Positions 50,458-63,970 of a stretch of 64,000 nt of DNA are shown in pieces (position 1 is the first letter of the stretch; the number at the start of each line of letters is the position of its first letter). The position numbers and the translations under genes are program-made. The notes below the pieces were generated by a model. That model made no database searches and was not told where the DNA came from. It worked only from the letters and a program-made list of their open reading frames with translations. The stretch is from Trichosphaerium sp. ATCC 40318 (Eukaryota > Protista > Tubulinea): assembly GCA_038496445.1 (NCBI GenBank), contig JALMLS010000577.1, positions 930,001-994,000 on the forward strand, read 5' to 3'.

Positions 50458-51964
50458 TTACAGTGAGTTGCCATGAGAATTAAAGTTCGGAGTAGCAAGG
50501 TTAAGGCTACCGAAATGAGAGGCAAGGTGAGAGACAGGAAGATGGATAACATTTGAGTTCAAGCACTCAGCTAGTTCTATTGGAGACTCTCCATCTTCGT
50601 TTGTGTTGTTTGGATTAGCACCAACAGCAAGAAGTCTAAAGAGAATAACATAAGAAAGGGTGTCACAAAAGAACGGGAACAAAAAACGCTGCACAAAAAA
50701 ACCGACGCGGAGTAATAAAGAAGGACAGTAATACTTACGATTGTGTTGTTTTCGCACAGCCAGAGCGTACAGCAAAGTGTAGAGGTGTATCACCACAAGC
50801 ATCAGCTGCTTCGAGAAACGCGCCATTATTGACAAGTAGCATACATAAACGTTCACATCCAGCTCCAGCGGCAATGTGTAGTGCAGTTTCGCCTTTGTAG
50901 AGTGTCAGTAAAGCAATAAAAAAAAAAGCGGGGAAAAAATGCAAAAAAACTCAAGAAAATAGTTGTCGACGTGTTAACATGTATTCTGTGTTAAAAAAAA
51001 AACTTACCACTGGAATTCTTCGCGTTAATCATAGCGCCATGAGATATTAAAAATTGAACCATATCGATATCTCTACGTTCAATGGCTTCCATAAGGACAG
51101 TCTTTCCGGTATAATCTGATACGTTTGGGTTTGCTCCACTAGCAATGAGTACAGCAGCTACGTTTTGTTGACCCTTCTTAACAGCCCAGAATAAAGGTGT
51201 GAAGCCCTAAAAAGAAAGTTTTAACGACGATGGCTTTTTTTGAGGTGTAAGGTTTGAAAAAAAAAACAAAAGGCGATGAGAAGTTACAAACACGCTGTTA
51301 TCGGTTATTTTCAATTGATATAGAGTGTTTGAGAACATACCTTTACATCAGGAGCGTTCAAGTCGCTCAGACAAACACCGGAATTAATTAGTTGGTTTAC
51401 AACACGAACGTCACCAGCTAATAGTGCTGTTAGCGATATATTCGAAGTTTGTAAAGCAAAAACGAAAAAAAAAACGTTGAGAAATTTTCAAGTTTACAAC
51501 GTTATCAACAACGCAAATATATACGAACAGATAGTTGTTGTAAATATGAAGCGATATTTTAGTGTTAAAAAATAAAAGGTTAACAACGGCTATTTCGTTT
51601 GGGGTATTTTAACAAAACGTTATAAAAACAAACTATCGTACCTGCTACCGCATAATGTAACACCGTCCAATGATTCTTACCACATAATAACTGGGTACTA
51701 CTTCTAGGTCTTCTTGTGTGAAGACGTTTTAAAGAAGGTCTGGATGGTGGCCAGCTGGTCGATGGGTTCGCTAGCGACATTTAGTGAGATGCTTTTCACA
51801 GCTGGTGGCGTGGAAATTGTGTTCGAATAAGTTATGGTGATTGAAAATCCAACGAGAAATTTCCCAGTGTAAAAAACAAAAAAGATTGTGATAGAAGTTG
51901 TTCCCTTCTTTTCAGAAGCATAAATTGAGAAATGGTAGTAATCGCTTTCGGGCGAGTTCACCAT
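50458..51964 (-). CDS. Ankyrin-repeat protein; multi-exon
   Basis: WTVLHYAV, GFTPLFWAV, GKTVLMEAI, GETALHIAA, GDTPLHFAV and GESPIELA repeats. Confidence 0.85.
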
Positions 51965-52565
51965 TTCTCAAAGTCGCGAGGTTTTTTGGGTTTTTTTTTC
52001 TGGGTGTATTGTATTTGTGTTATGTATCACACGGTTTTTGTTTCGTATGGCGTTGTAATAAGAATTCATTATCGTCATTTTACTTACGAAACTGCGTAAA
52101 ACGATGGTATCACAACACACACATGCATGTGCATCGTTATACGCGCTTTGTAAAGCAGGATGACGTAATTATAAACGGTTAGCTTGCGCGTTCGTACCAA
52201 CAAACATCATTTGGGAAGGCTCTTTGTTGTTTAATAAGAAGATAAAGTATATTGTTGAAGACGTGTTGCCAACAAGGTGTTAATCTGCTGAATTTAGCGT
52301 ATTTTTATCGGTTCCATAATTTTTAGCAAATATGAGTTTTGTCATAAACTTGATAACTTCGGTAAAGTCACAAACTCAGGGAAATGCAATATCGAAATCA
52401 TTAATGAGGTAGAAAGCGTTTTTCCCGTTTATGAGATAATTGCGTGAGTTGACCAACTTTTTAAGAATCCTCATTTGGAAGGTAGTGATGAAATCTAGTA
52501 ATTCTCGGGGTTTTCTAAAAACGAACTACAAACACAACACATGGACCAAAAAATTGTTATCCGTA

Positions 52566-55500
52566 TTATAATACATTAGTGCCATTACTTTCACGCTTCA
52601 AAATTCGCGTTTCTTCAACCAGATTTGACACTTCAGGTTTTGAAGTTTTTGGCGGTTTTTTCTCACTACTTTTCGTCTTTACGTTGAGTTCATCTTGAGA
52701 TACCGCTTTCTTTGTTGTTTCTGTGGGTTCACTCAAAGCAGTTGCATCCTTTGTACCAGTGACACCGCCTTTTGAAAGCATCTTAGCGACACCTTTAGTG
52801 AGTTTGCTCATTTCATCGGCATCAACATTCTTTTTTGCACTCGTACGAGAAGAAGTTCGTTGTTGTTGGTTGTTCTTTTTACTACCTTTTTCGCCATTTT
52901 CCGAATTTTTAGCTTTATGTACATAAGGCGAACTAGGTTGTGCTTTTGGTCTGTATCTTTGTGTTCTACCACGGGAATGTTTCGGGGAGTTTTTGTACCC
53001 CGAGTTAGGAGTTTTATTACCACGATAACCACCTCTATTCCCCCTCTTGAGTTTGAACGACACTTTTAGAACCTTCTTGCCTATCCTGTATCCGTTCATT
53101 GCCCTTAAAGCAGCAACAGCATCTGCGGTATATTTAAACTTTACAAAACCATAACCTTTGCTCTGTCGTGACTCTCCTTCACAAGCAACCTATTGTATAT
53201 CAAAAATAATATTAATAGATGTCAATGATGGTGATGACAGAAAAAAACTCTGAGAGTTGAGTTCATCGGGAACAAAAAAAAACGAAAAATTTTTCGGTCG
53301 TACATAATGAAAAAAAATACATTTATTGTCGCTTCAGACGTACCTTTACACTCGCAAGATCACCAAATGGGTCAAATAGTTCCCAAAGTTTTTTGTCATC
53401 GACGTATTGAGGTAAATGAAAAACAAACAGGTTCTTTGTATCTACATCTTGTATGTGTGGGAATACCATACCTATGTATATTTAGCGCATTGATACCTAA
53501 AATGGAGCGTTTTTGAGAGCAAAAATAGCCAATACAAAGTTGAGAATAACGTAGAAAAGAGTTTAAGTGATGGGTCACGCTTAAGAAGAATTTTGTTCGA
53601 GTTTTCCGCCAACAACAAATTGATTGTTCGCTTCAAGAAAATCTCCAGAAATACGTGTACTACGCGCCACAATTATTCGAAAAACATCAGAAAAATCACT
53701 TTCAAAAATAAGGGCGTGGCTTGTTAATGTTAATTAACTTTAAATTTTTTGATGAAAACTTTTAGTTCGAAAGAAAAAATGTTTCTCGCTTTTGTTGGTG
53801 TTGTGCATTTCAGCCAATAATATACTGTATCCCAAAACATCTCTTACCTGTTTCTGGATCTATAAAGCCAGGAGACATAGGACCAAACGTTCTAGACATC
53901 ACCTTAACAAAGCCTATCGGCATGGCCTCAATTTTTAAAAAAATGCGTACCCATCCGGACTCATTGCGTATCCCATACCCATAGGAGAAGCTGGAGAGAA
54001 TGGCATACCTTTAAAAAAAATTGTAAATAGACGTCACATTGTATTCGTTGCAAAAGAACTCGTTACTGTTAGGAAAGCAGCGTAAAAGCAAAACGCATAA
54101 AACTAATTTTTGAGAGAAATGGTTTTTTGTAAAGTACCATAACAATCCATCGTTGGTGGACCATATGACCCCTCTGGTGTGTATGGATCCATTGGGTATT
54201 GGTGAGGACTCATTGGAGTCATCGGCATCATACCAGGTCCCATGCCTGGTGGTAGCATGCCTGGACTCATTGGCATCATAGGCGGTGGTGACATCATTGG
54301 TGGCATGCCAGGTGACATTGGTGCAGCGCCATTACCGCCAGGAGAGAATGTTGGAGCATATGTCGTATTGCCGTAAGAATCCTGCATAATGTATGGTACA
54401 GATCCTTGGTTCATCATTGATTGCATCAAGTGCTACAAGAGCGTTAGAGCGTTGATAACTATTACGCGTAGACGGGAGATTACAATATTCTCTCGTAAAA
54501 ACTGCACAACTTATGTTGTTCCACGCTTCATTTATGAAGCCTAACAAATGTAGAAACGTACTTGTTGTTGTTGGTGCTGAGAAATAAAAAATTGAGCTGC
54601 ATTTCGTGCTGCCGCTGCTGTTTGGTTTCGTAGTATCTTAGCACGTCTGGATTGCTTTTGAGGCTCTGTTTCTGCAAATTTGACTGCTACTTGTTAGCGT
54701 GCATGTGAAACAAACAAAAAAAAAATGCTTCAAACTGCACAACATGCATTCGAAAAGGCGATATAAAAGGTTTTGCGGAGGTTGTTTTTTTGAGCAAACT
54801 GAAATTCACGATTTCATTTCAAAAAGTCCAGCTTTGCTCTATATTGGTGGTGGCTACGCTTGTGCTCCAAATATACCGTTGGCAAGTAGCTGTTTTTTTT
54901 GATTTTTTGTGAGGTTAGCGTACCAACGAGTGGAGGTGCGTCATTTTCCATTTGGTATCCGTTTAAAGCTTGTAGAGCGCGTTTAGCCTCAACAATAGAG
55001 TGGAATCGGACAAAACCAATTTGGCGGCTCAAACCCGTAATTTTGTCTACCATTACTTTACAATCCTTTACGTTGCCATATTGTGCGAAAAGCTTGCGTA
55101 GCTCCTCTGTAAAAAAAAGTGAGATCAGTGTTTAGGCTTTTTTTACAAAATGAATTTAAACATGGTTTCGGCCGTAGTCGCGTAGTGGAGTAGTGGTGGA
55201 CCTTTAGTAGTGAGAGGTTTTGAGAAAACTGAGAAATGACTCGTACCTTCTGTAGTGGTCTGTAACAGAGGCTTTATGTATAGATTATCCATTGGGCGCG
55301 TGTTATTGACAGAGGCAGCATTGGAAAGCTTACAAAGCAATGTTTTAGACGCTACGCGCATACCATCCATCGCTTCAATGGCTTTATGCGCCCCTTCAGC
55401 GGTTTCGAAGCGACAGAAGCTATTTTACAGTAAGAACAAAAGATGAGTTCCTAAGCTCATTTATATACCCATAACCCATGCTATTATGCGTAATAGGGTC

Positions 55501-55650
55501 GACCATCACTTTGCATGTTATAATATTGCCATAAGGGCTAAAGAGCGCGTAAAGCCCCGTGTCGGTTAATTCTGGTGGTAAATACTTGACAAACACATTT
55601 GTGGTGTCAATGTTATCTTGTTCATCGATGTCTTCTTGTTCGGACGACAT
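52566..55650 (-). CDS. Three-RRM RNA-binding protein, CELF/ELAV-like; multi-exon
   Basis: RRM1 NVFVKYLP..MGYGFCRF; RRM2 NLYIKPL..QIGFVRF..AVKFA; Q/M/P-rich linker; RRM3 NLFVFHLP..SKGYGFVKF..MNGYRIGKKVLKVSFK. Confidence 0.88.
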
Positions 55651-56263
55651 TGAATCCCCGTTAATGACAGAAAAAAGGCTAAAATGGATCGAAATTTACC
55701 ATTTTTCAAGCAGAGTTAATTACTTATTGTCGCCAAGTCTCTGAGTGCTTGTATTAGTTTATTAAATATCAGTACCATCAGTTACAGTTGATGTAAAGAA
55801 CTTCAGGCAACCTACAAATATTTTTATCAGGCGAATTCTACCTGCGATATTTGTTGTTTTGTACGTTGTACTGATACAAAGGCTACAATGTAAAGTATTG
55901 ATGTATATGGTTAACCCAATTTAAACAAAGTAAGCACAAATTATGCGTTTTAGTGTATTACGCTCAAAACCGGGCGATGGAGTGCCTTGTGTTTGTTTAA
56001 TCAAATGCAGTGAATGGGTTTTGAATTTGCCTGCGCTTAACCGCTTTGTTCTCCCTGTTGTCCTAGCTCGTCAACGAAACAAAGGCGCTATCCTCTACGC
56101 TGAATAGCGGTATTTATGCTAGTTGTACCCAAACGTACCCGGCTAAAATAAAATAAAAGTCTGTACGACTCAACGCATCCCGCTAGCACAATTGAGGTAT
56201 TTGTTCATACGTCTGGCGCAATAATTATAAAATAAGAAGCCTACAGCTCGAACTTGTTGCATA

Positions 56264-58153
56264 ATGCTTTCCCCACGTATTAGTAATAAAGTACGGCGTA
56301 AAACAAGCCATAGCTCAACAATACTTACACAAAACAAGATTAAAAACGTAAGAAATGTGTCTCTTAGTGATTCTCCTCCTCCATCTCCGCGTGTCTCTCC
56401 ACGAAACGTTAGTACAGGCACGTGCCAAAAAATATTTGAAAAAAAAAGGTCTAAACAAAGGCTAGGCTGGAAGAGTTTCCGTATGTCCATTCACACCTTT
56501 CTCGAGGATCCTGCTAGTAGCAACTATGCTTTTATTTATCAAGTACTACAAGTACGTCAAAATGATCTATAGTCTTGCTTGGATTCGTGGCCATCATGCG
56601 ACCTGACAGGTTTTTAGATTATCATTATTTTATTATCTACATCCACAACTATCGTTGAGTCATTACCCTCATATTGGGGACAAAATCTTGTTGCTGTGAC
56701 TGTCATAGAAGTCTTTTGTTTTACAGTATTTTTCTTTGACTACATCGGTGCGTCTTGGTAGATTTTGTATCACTTTGGCCGTGTCTTCTTGTTTTTAGTT
56801 TGATCACTGCTGTCAGGTTTTTGACGTGTAATGTAGGAAGAGCCGTAACATGCCCATCACTGTCGTGGTTTTGGGAGCTTTTTAACGTTATTGATTTGGT
56901 TGTTTTGATACCATTTCTTATTGATTTTTCTACAACTGGCAATAATAATATGTCCGGATTGGGTGCGCTGAAAGTACTTAGAATAATGAGGATTGCGTTC
57001 TTGCTAGTAAAGGTATGATCTTTTGTTCAACTCTTCAATTATGTGCATTTATATAAACTGCTTTGCACAATCATTCAGTCGTCCAGAGGCATCAACTTCT
57101 TTGTTGATTTGACCATGGAAAATCTCATTTTCTTCTTGTTTTGCATGTAGCACTTCGAAGTTAATATTGCTCCATAGATAACCCGGTATCCTATTAGTAT
57201 AGTTGTCGTTATTATTATAACTCTAAAAAAGAGTAGAAAAGGATTTTTGGTACTAAACATTGCTCTAAACGCTTGCAGCAACGCTGACTAAGTTTAGATG
57301 TTTTTGGTTGGTTTTGGTTTTTTACTAATTATTTGTTCAACAAGTACTCACTCTTACTAACACTTGGTAACCTACTATTATGTACTAACACTATTCATCA
57401 CTCAAGTGATGTTTTTTGCAGAACAAACGGTGAGTACATTTGTTTTATCAAAACGTGTTTGGGTGTACACCAAAGATGATTCCATATCACCTTTTCAGAG
57501 TATCCTACATTGTAAGCAAATGCTTAGTTATTTCTCCTCTATTAAACCACCTCTTTTAAGGCATGTGGTGGTGTATCACCACAATGACTACTGTTGGTTA
57601 CGGCGATTATACTCCGAGAAGTGTTGCGGGTAAGAACGTTCTAGGAAGCCATAAGTTGTTAATCCTTTCCTAGGGCGTCTTGTGGCTGCTTTCACAATGA
57701 TTTGCAGTACATTTGTGCTGACGCTTCCTATGGCTATATTTCTTGTACACTTTACAGAAGCTTATGCTAATCAACGTCAAATCCAAGCACAGAAACGCGG
57801 ATACAGTATGGATGAAATACCACGAAACATGGACAACAACTACAATGAGGTTAGTATTATTAACCTTTTCAATTCATTAAACATATTGAAGCAAGTGGGT
57901 CTCTCGCCTGCATTCATGCGTAAAGAGTTACAGTTGTGGAAAGACGAAATAGAGTAAGTGGTTGCCTCAACCTCTTTTTTTCATCAAATAGCACGTGCTA
58001 AAAGAATTTAGGAATGCAAGCCGTTCTTTGGCAAAACTTGAGAAACGAAGGTCTAAACTAATGGATCTCATGGATAGATTTGATTCTGATGAAGAATCTG
58101 AGGGTGAAACAAAGGATAATACTGTTGTGATATCAGCAGCAACTATTGGTTGA
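56264..58153 (+). CDS. 6TM voltage-gated potassium channel (Kv-like); multi-exon
   Basis: LEDPASS, FNVIDLVVLIPF, S4 LKVLRIMRI, pore FQSI..MWWCITTMTTVGYGDYTP, S6 GRLVAAFTMI..LTLPMAI. Confidence 0.9.
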
Positions 58154-58335
58154 TAACCTTTGTTTGGAAGACAAACAACTTTGAGATTACCAAATGAGAA
58201 TAAATGTACATTCGAAACTATCTCTTCGCCGCATTCAATAGTCACGCTTTAAGATATCTTTACGACCTTCGTTCAAACATTTTGCAACAGTCACGTGGGG
58301 CATTAGCAGTATCCAAAATTAACACACAACAACAT

Positions 58336-58839
58336 TTATTCTACTACAGTAGCAGTATAAACAACTCTTGTTGCGTATGTGTTTGCCCTGAAGTTTATGA
58401 GTTGGTTTTTCCCATTCAGGTAAAATACAGTATATGAAAAGGAATGCGAGCCATCTCTTCTACTCCTTGTTTTATCAAAACAGAACCCAAGCAACAATCC
58501 ATCCTTTTCGAACCTCACTCCATCGAAATCTCGGGTCTTTAGTAGATTTCCGTCATAGCATTCGGGAGACATTAAGAATTGTTGTACCGCGCCAATATTG
58601 TCGAGTTCAGGTAGTGAGTCGTATGCTTTATGGACTTCTGTAGCATTTAACGGTTTTGAACAATATAATCCACCATAATGTGTTTCTCCATAATCAGGAC
58701 CATTTATACCACGTGCATAGTGTATTTTACCATGTTTTAGCGTAACTGATTTATATTTTTCTGAAACTGCTTTTATCACATGTCTTTTAACGTATTCTTC
58801 GTTTGATTCGTTTTTCAAACGATCTTGTGTGTCTGTCAT
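58336..58839 (-). CDS. Intronless hypothetical protein (167 aa)
   Basis: Uninterrupted ORF from MTDTQDRLK with globular-looking composition; no recognised motif. Confidence 0.6.
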   Translation of the reverse strand: MTDTQDRLKNESNEEYVKRHVIKAVSEKYKSVTLKHGKIHYARGINGPDYGETHYGGLYCSKPLNATEVHKAYDSLPELDNIGAVQQFLMSPECYDGNLLKTRDFDGVRFEKDGLLLGFCFDKTRSRRDGSHSFSYTVFYLNGKNQLINFRANTYATRVVYTATVVE

Positions 58840-59467
58840 CTTGGAGGAGTGTTTGTTTAAAAATAACAGCAAAAACTGAACACAATTCTTAAAGAGGTTG
58901 ACCTGGTTAAACGCGGTTAACTTAAAATGCCAAGAGTAAACACTGTTTGATTTTATAAAGGTGCTTGTACAGCAAATTTCTATGTCTAAATTTGCCAAGC
59001 ACAGGACTAGTCACGTGCAACATTGGTAGTTTCGTGTTTTTTACGCGATAAGTTCAAGACTAAAGGGTAAGTAGTCTTGTGTCAGTAACTGTTATTCAAA
59101 ATATGTCTGACCATAGTCATTTCAATTGCCTCCAGCACTGGTTACGCCTCTAAGTTGTTGGCTTATGCGTTGAGACACCAATGTCTTATTCAAACTCGCT
59201 TATGTCAAGTTAAGGTAATAAGTGGTTGACATTGTTACACGATTCTCCAGCTGTAAGGTATCTCCACGACCAGCGCCAGGCAATCAAGACAAAATGATAG
59301 TTCGGGCTTTGGTGGATCGACAAGATTCCATTCAAACGAAGGGAGCCTTCAGATCTTTTTTTTGATAAGGAAATAACCAGCAAGCCGAAAACGAAGACAA
59401 AAAAAGTGGAAGCCAGTACTTTTTTTTACTTCAGTACAAATCGAAGTGTTTTCCTTCTTGTAGTTAC

Positions 59468-60822
59468 CTATCTGAGGTATTTAGCTACCATGTCTTCCGT
59501 TAAATCCCATAGTTGTTTTGCAAAAAGTGCATCGTCTGCTCGTGCAGATGGCGTTTTCTCCTACAGGAGCAATTTAGTGTTTGGTTATTTCGTAGTGCTA
59601 TTAGTCTAAGCATTCAGTAACGCACCTTGAAGTTACTGTAGTATCTTCCTGGTTTCTTTGGTAGTCCAGGATCGAGTGCACAGAACATAGTCGTAGCAGA
59701 GCCCTTCAGAAAACATCAGTAAACAATAGAAGCAATTGTTCCATGCAAATGTATTGTTGCTACAATACAATCTCAAATCGTACTACGACGTACTTGAGCA
59801 GGTGATTTAACTTTCACAGCGACTGATATTGCGGGTTTAATTACTCTTACACAGGGTTTATATCTAGAAAGATTAGTCCTTACAATCCCTGGATATGCAC
59901 TATGAACAGTTACTTCTGATCTCTTGTCACTTAATTGGCTTTGAAGTTCCATTCCGAACAGTAAATTAGCTTCTTTGCTAGCGGAGTATGCATCCCATGT
60001 ACTGTAAGACCTTTTCTCCCAGTTTAAATCTGTAAAATCAAGAAATTTACCACCTAGTCAATGGTCAAATGAGTTGTCACGTGATTCTCAAAAAAACGCT
60101 ATACACTAAACGTACTGCAGCATTGGAGAACTGATGAAAGGATAATAATGCGTGCTTTGTCACCCTTTTCTAAAAGGTTAAGTAGTCTTGTTGCAAACGC
60201 ATAATGACCAATATGATTGATGCCAAGCTGTTTCTCGAATCCTTCTTTTGTCTTCCCAAAAGGACAAGCCATAATAGCTAGGCGGTAATTATAATAATGT
60301 AAAAAAAAACTGCGCAAAGTCCGTGCCAGCATTGAGTATGAGAAAGTCTATCTTCTTTTCTTCCTCGTATATCTCTCTTATAGCAGCTGTAACAGATACA
60401 AGGTATTCTAAATCAAGCTAAAAAATTATAAGGGCAGTTCACGTGAAACGGTTGTTGAGTACTGGAAGGAATATCAAAAGGCTTGCATCAATCCCTTGTT
60501 TAACTAATTTTGTTTTTGCCTTTTGTGCTCTGTCCTTGCTTCTACATGCCATATATGTCCTAGCACCACATCCAGCAAACACGCGAGCGGTTTCAAACCC
60601 AATTCCACTATTGGCTCCTAATCAAATTTATGTCACGTGACAAATAGTAGTAAACGGTTTTTTTTTTGCAAATTTTTGTTTTTTTGGACTCTGTTGGTAT
60701 GTACCTGTAATTACTGCTACTTTTCCTTTTAGATCTGCGTTATAGAATCGAGCGACATCTTCACCAGTTGATTTCCACGTTAATTTAGCTGGTTTGGCTT
60801 TATTATTTACTTGATTGCCCAT
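59468..60822 (-). CDS. Short-chain dehydrogenase/reductase, retinol-dehydrogenase/WWOX-like; multi-exon
   Basis: KVAVITGANSGIGFETAR, MACRS, GFEKQLGINHIGHY, YSASK catalytic motif, HSAYPGIVRTNL, QLWDLTE. Confidence 0.92.
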
Positions 60823-61502
60823 GTGTGATGATCTCCTTGGCTGCTTTCTTATAAGGAATGTCATGATGTTTTATTACTATAAACATGCATAACTATGACT
60901 CATACCTCACGCCCTACCAAGACTGTCCTTTTGACAAATGAAAATTATAGAACTTGTGGACATTTCTAATTTAGTAGTGCGCAGTCTACCGGTAAAATTT
61001 TTGCCCCGCAAACTCGTGGGAAAAACTAATTCTCCACGTTAAAATACAATCTTGGGAATGAAGCACACTAACACAAGAATTATGTTGATCTTGGGTTCCA
61101 ACAAATAGTTTTATACTGTTTTTGATACCAATGGAGAAGCATTACAATGTGCACGTGGAGTTACCTGAGGAGCGGAAAAATCAGGGGAAGATTGAATCTT
61201 TGACTCACGCCTGTTGTATGTAGCAACTTGGTTCATAACGGGCAAGTAAGTTCTTCTGGATAAGAAATGGACCACATTTGTAGTAAATAAACTACCAACT
61301 TGTTGACAGTTACCCAAAAAACTGCCAATACTTTACAACTCGATATTTACGGATAATATCCTCATGATATCGAACTATGGTATCAAAAAATTCGGAATGT
61401 TCTACCTCGCTCTGATAGCGAGTGTATATACGAGTTTGGGGCTTTACAAAGAAATTGGTTTACTAGGTAAAGAAGTCACTTGATTGCTGATTTAAGTGCA
61501 AA

Positions 61503-63417
61503 TCATATTCGTCTTGCGCATTGCCCTGGTTTTGCGTTTATCTTCCGGTCTAGGGTTCTTCCAACAAACATCAAATATATTGTATCACCAAGGAAGCGAT
61601 TGTTTAAATCCCTTTGAGTGTTAAATGCAATCTAAAGTAAAGAAACATAATGAGTTTATAAAATATTTACAGTATGGCTTACTGCTGTTGTAGTACTCAT
61701 GGTTCCATATGCAATCGCAGGTCTTTCAATATTGTACCCTTCCGTAGAGTGTTAGTGGTAATAGCCAAATACTGGTTAAAGAAACTGACCTGGCACGCTT
61801 ACAGGCACAACTTTAAATGTACGAGTGACAGAATCGAATACAGTGATGTACAATAGTCTGGCATCGATCGCGTCATCAGCAGATACCCCTAAGAAAGTAC
61901 CATCCTCATTGGGTATAATATCCATGCCGATAGCAAGTTCCAGTCTATCAATTTGTTGATCAAGTGTACGTACACTATCAACAATATTTATATTGAAATT
62001 GGCATCAATCTGTCGCAGATAAAATTCTGTAGTTTCTCCATGTCTTCTTGCTGAAGGTAGGCCATGTGACATGATACCAAGAAAACCTGAAATTGGGTGG
62101 TATGTGGCTGTTATACCACCTGAATAATGTGGATTATCTTCTTTAATTTTAGCGGGAATCTAAAAATAGAACAATTAGCGCTCACTTGTTTGAGTCAAGG
62201 TACGATGAATGAGTGATGGATGTACTGATAACGTGTATCAGCTTATCGACCCAGATACGTGTTTTTAGATAGAAGCAACATAGAACTGAGAAAAAAAGTT
62301 GTTTTCATACAGCAGGATTGTTGTTTTCATCTACTATCCAATGAAGTATTGAATTCTGATACCGAAAACCGTCCCCGACAATAATAATATCAAAACAATT
62401 GCATACATCTCCGCCATAGACAACATCAAAATCGTTGGTAATTACAAGTGCTATTCCAAACTTTTAGCTCTCTTTACTTTTGTAATGTTCTTGTACTTAC
62501 GAATTTGGGCACCTGTAACCAGTACTGTCTTTTCTGAGTCGAGTATTGTGTAAAAATTACCATCCCCTAATCTATACGTAATCAAATATTTGTCATCCTC
62601 TATCAAAGTACATTAGATACAACAACACGTAAGCAGGAGTTTTTGCAACCATAAAAAAGACGTACTTGGGTTGTGAGCTATCCTTGGATCAAATAAAAAG
62701 CGTCCGTGGGTTCCAGGGATGAGACCTCCGCCTTTCAAAAGAACCCCCTAATGGCATTACACATCATGTTTGTTCTTTCTAACGTACACCGTTTACAGTG
62801 TCTTCAATAAGATAGTACATTACGCCAAAGCTAAAGTCAACGGAACCTACAATTACGAATTCATTATGCCCAATAGCAATATCAGCAGAAACAGTGCCCA
62901 TAATTCGAAAGTACGTTAGTTCGCCACTTCTTAGTCCTATCATGCAGCCCTTAGTACAGAATTTTGTTACTTGTTTAAAGATGTTCTTGCTCAAACCTGT
63001 TTTCGTGAATACAACTACAATCAAGTCTTGTCTTCTGACTGCTCTACTTGCAAACTCAAAAGCAAGTACGAAATATTCCTAGATAATACTTAGTAAATAT
63101 AAATATAAACAATCACGTGTTTTTTTTGCAAATAAACTAACCACTCCGTTTATAATTCCAGACGCCATTTTTATGGCACCATTGTATAATATATGCCCTA
63201 GCCCTGGTATGAGGTCTTCAATTTTAATCGGTTTGGTGATATCTTGATAATAACATGGAGTAGACGAGGGAACTTTGACATCATATTTAGGAGGGTCAGG
63301 AGTGATGCTGGTGCCTCTTTTATAGAGAGAATCATGATCTCCGTGCATTTTAGCGATCATAGCCATGGCACAGACTGCTACAATAAGAAGAAACGAATTG
63401 GAATGTCGTTTATTCAT
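61503..63417 (-). CDS. Secreted protein of unknown family, beta-rich (possible propeller); multi-exon
   Basis: Signal-like MNKRHSNSFLLIVAVCAMAMIA. A series of exons bounded by GT-AG introns ends ...GQCARRI*. Confidence 0.6.
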
Positions 63418-63883
63418 CTTGTTCTTTGGTGATTTGCAGCTTTTTGGTAGAGGATTAAGTACTACATTGAACAGAATGTGATTTTGTGATGGATAGAGAT
63501 TTAACAAGCCAGCTTCAATCAAATAGCTCTTTAAAGTGTACATGAACTATCCACCTTATTACCTCCTTCGGACTTTGTAAGCTCCTGAAGGTAAATATGT
63601 GCACCGAGTCATCTCGAGTTTCTTTATTGCAATTTCTTGATATTTCAGAACTATAAACAGTAATGAATACAGTGGTATGTGTTGAAGAGGTTTAAATGCG
63701 CTTTGAACAATTGTAACTACACGTAAACATTTAAAAAAAGCGTACAAATCCTTGAATTGCTAAAGAGACACGTGGCTAGTCGTATTGGTTGCAATATTCT
63801 GTAGAGTAAAATAGTGTTCAAGAGCTACAAACAACTTATCTTTACTTCAACTGTATGAGTGAATGTGCCTCTTTTAAAGATAG

Positions 63884-63970
63884 AATCAGATCTCCATGTA
63901 CCCAACGATCATAGATATGGTCGGCTGCTACAATAAGAACAATTACATATTGTCTCACTTTATCCTTGCT
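63884..63970 (-). pseudogene. Degenerate duplicate of the 5' (signal peptide) segment of the preceding gene
   Basis: gaatcagatctccatgtac..cgatcatag..ctgctacaataagaa resembles 63328-63390 gaatcatgatctccgtgc..cgatcatag..ctgctacaataagaa, with indels. Confidence 0.55.

Noticed and set aside
53225-53262. TGATGA...CTGA resembling a C/D box snoRNA
   Set aside because: Antisense to the host intron, too short, and without a terminal stem.
61129-61470. Protein-like fragments on the plus strand (MEKHYNVHVELPEE..; YPHDIELWYQKIRNVLP..)
   Set aside because: Could not be joined into a consistent spliced frame. It may be a relic but is unsupported.
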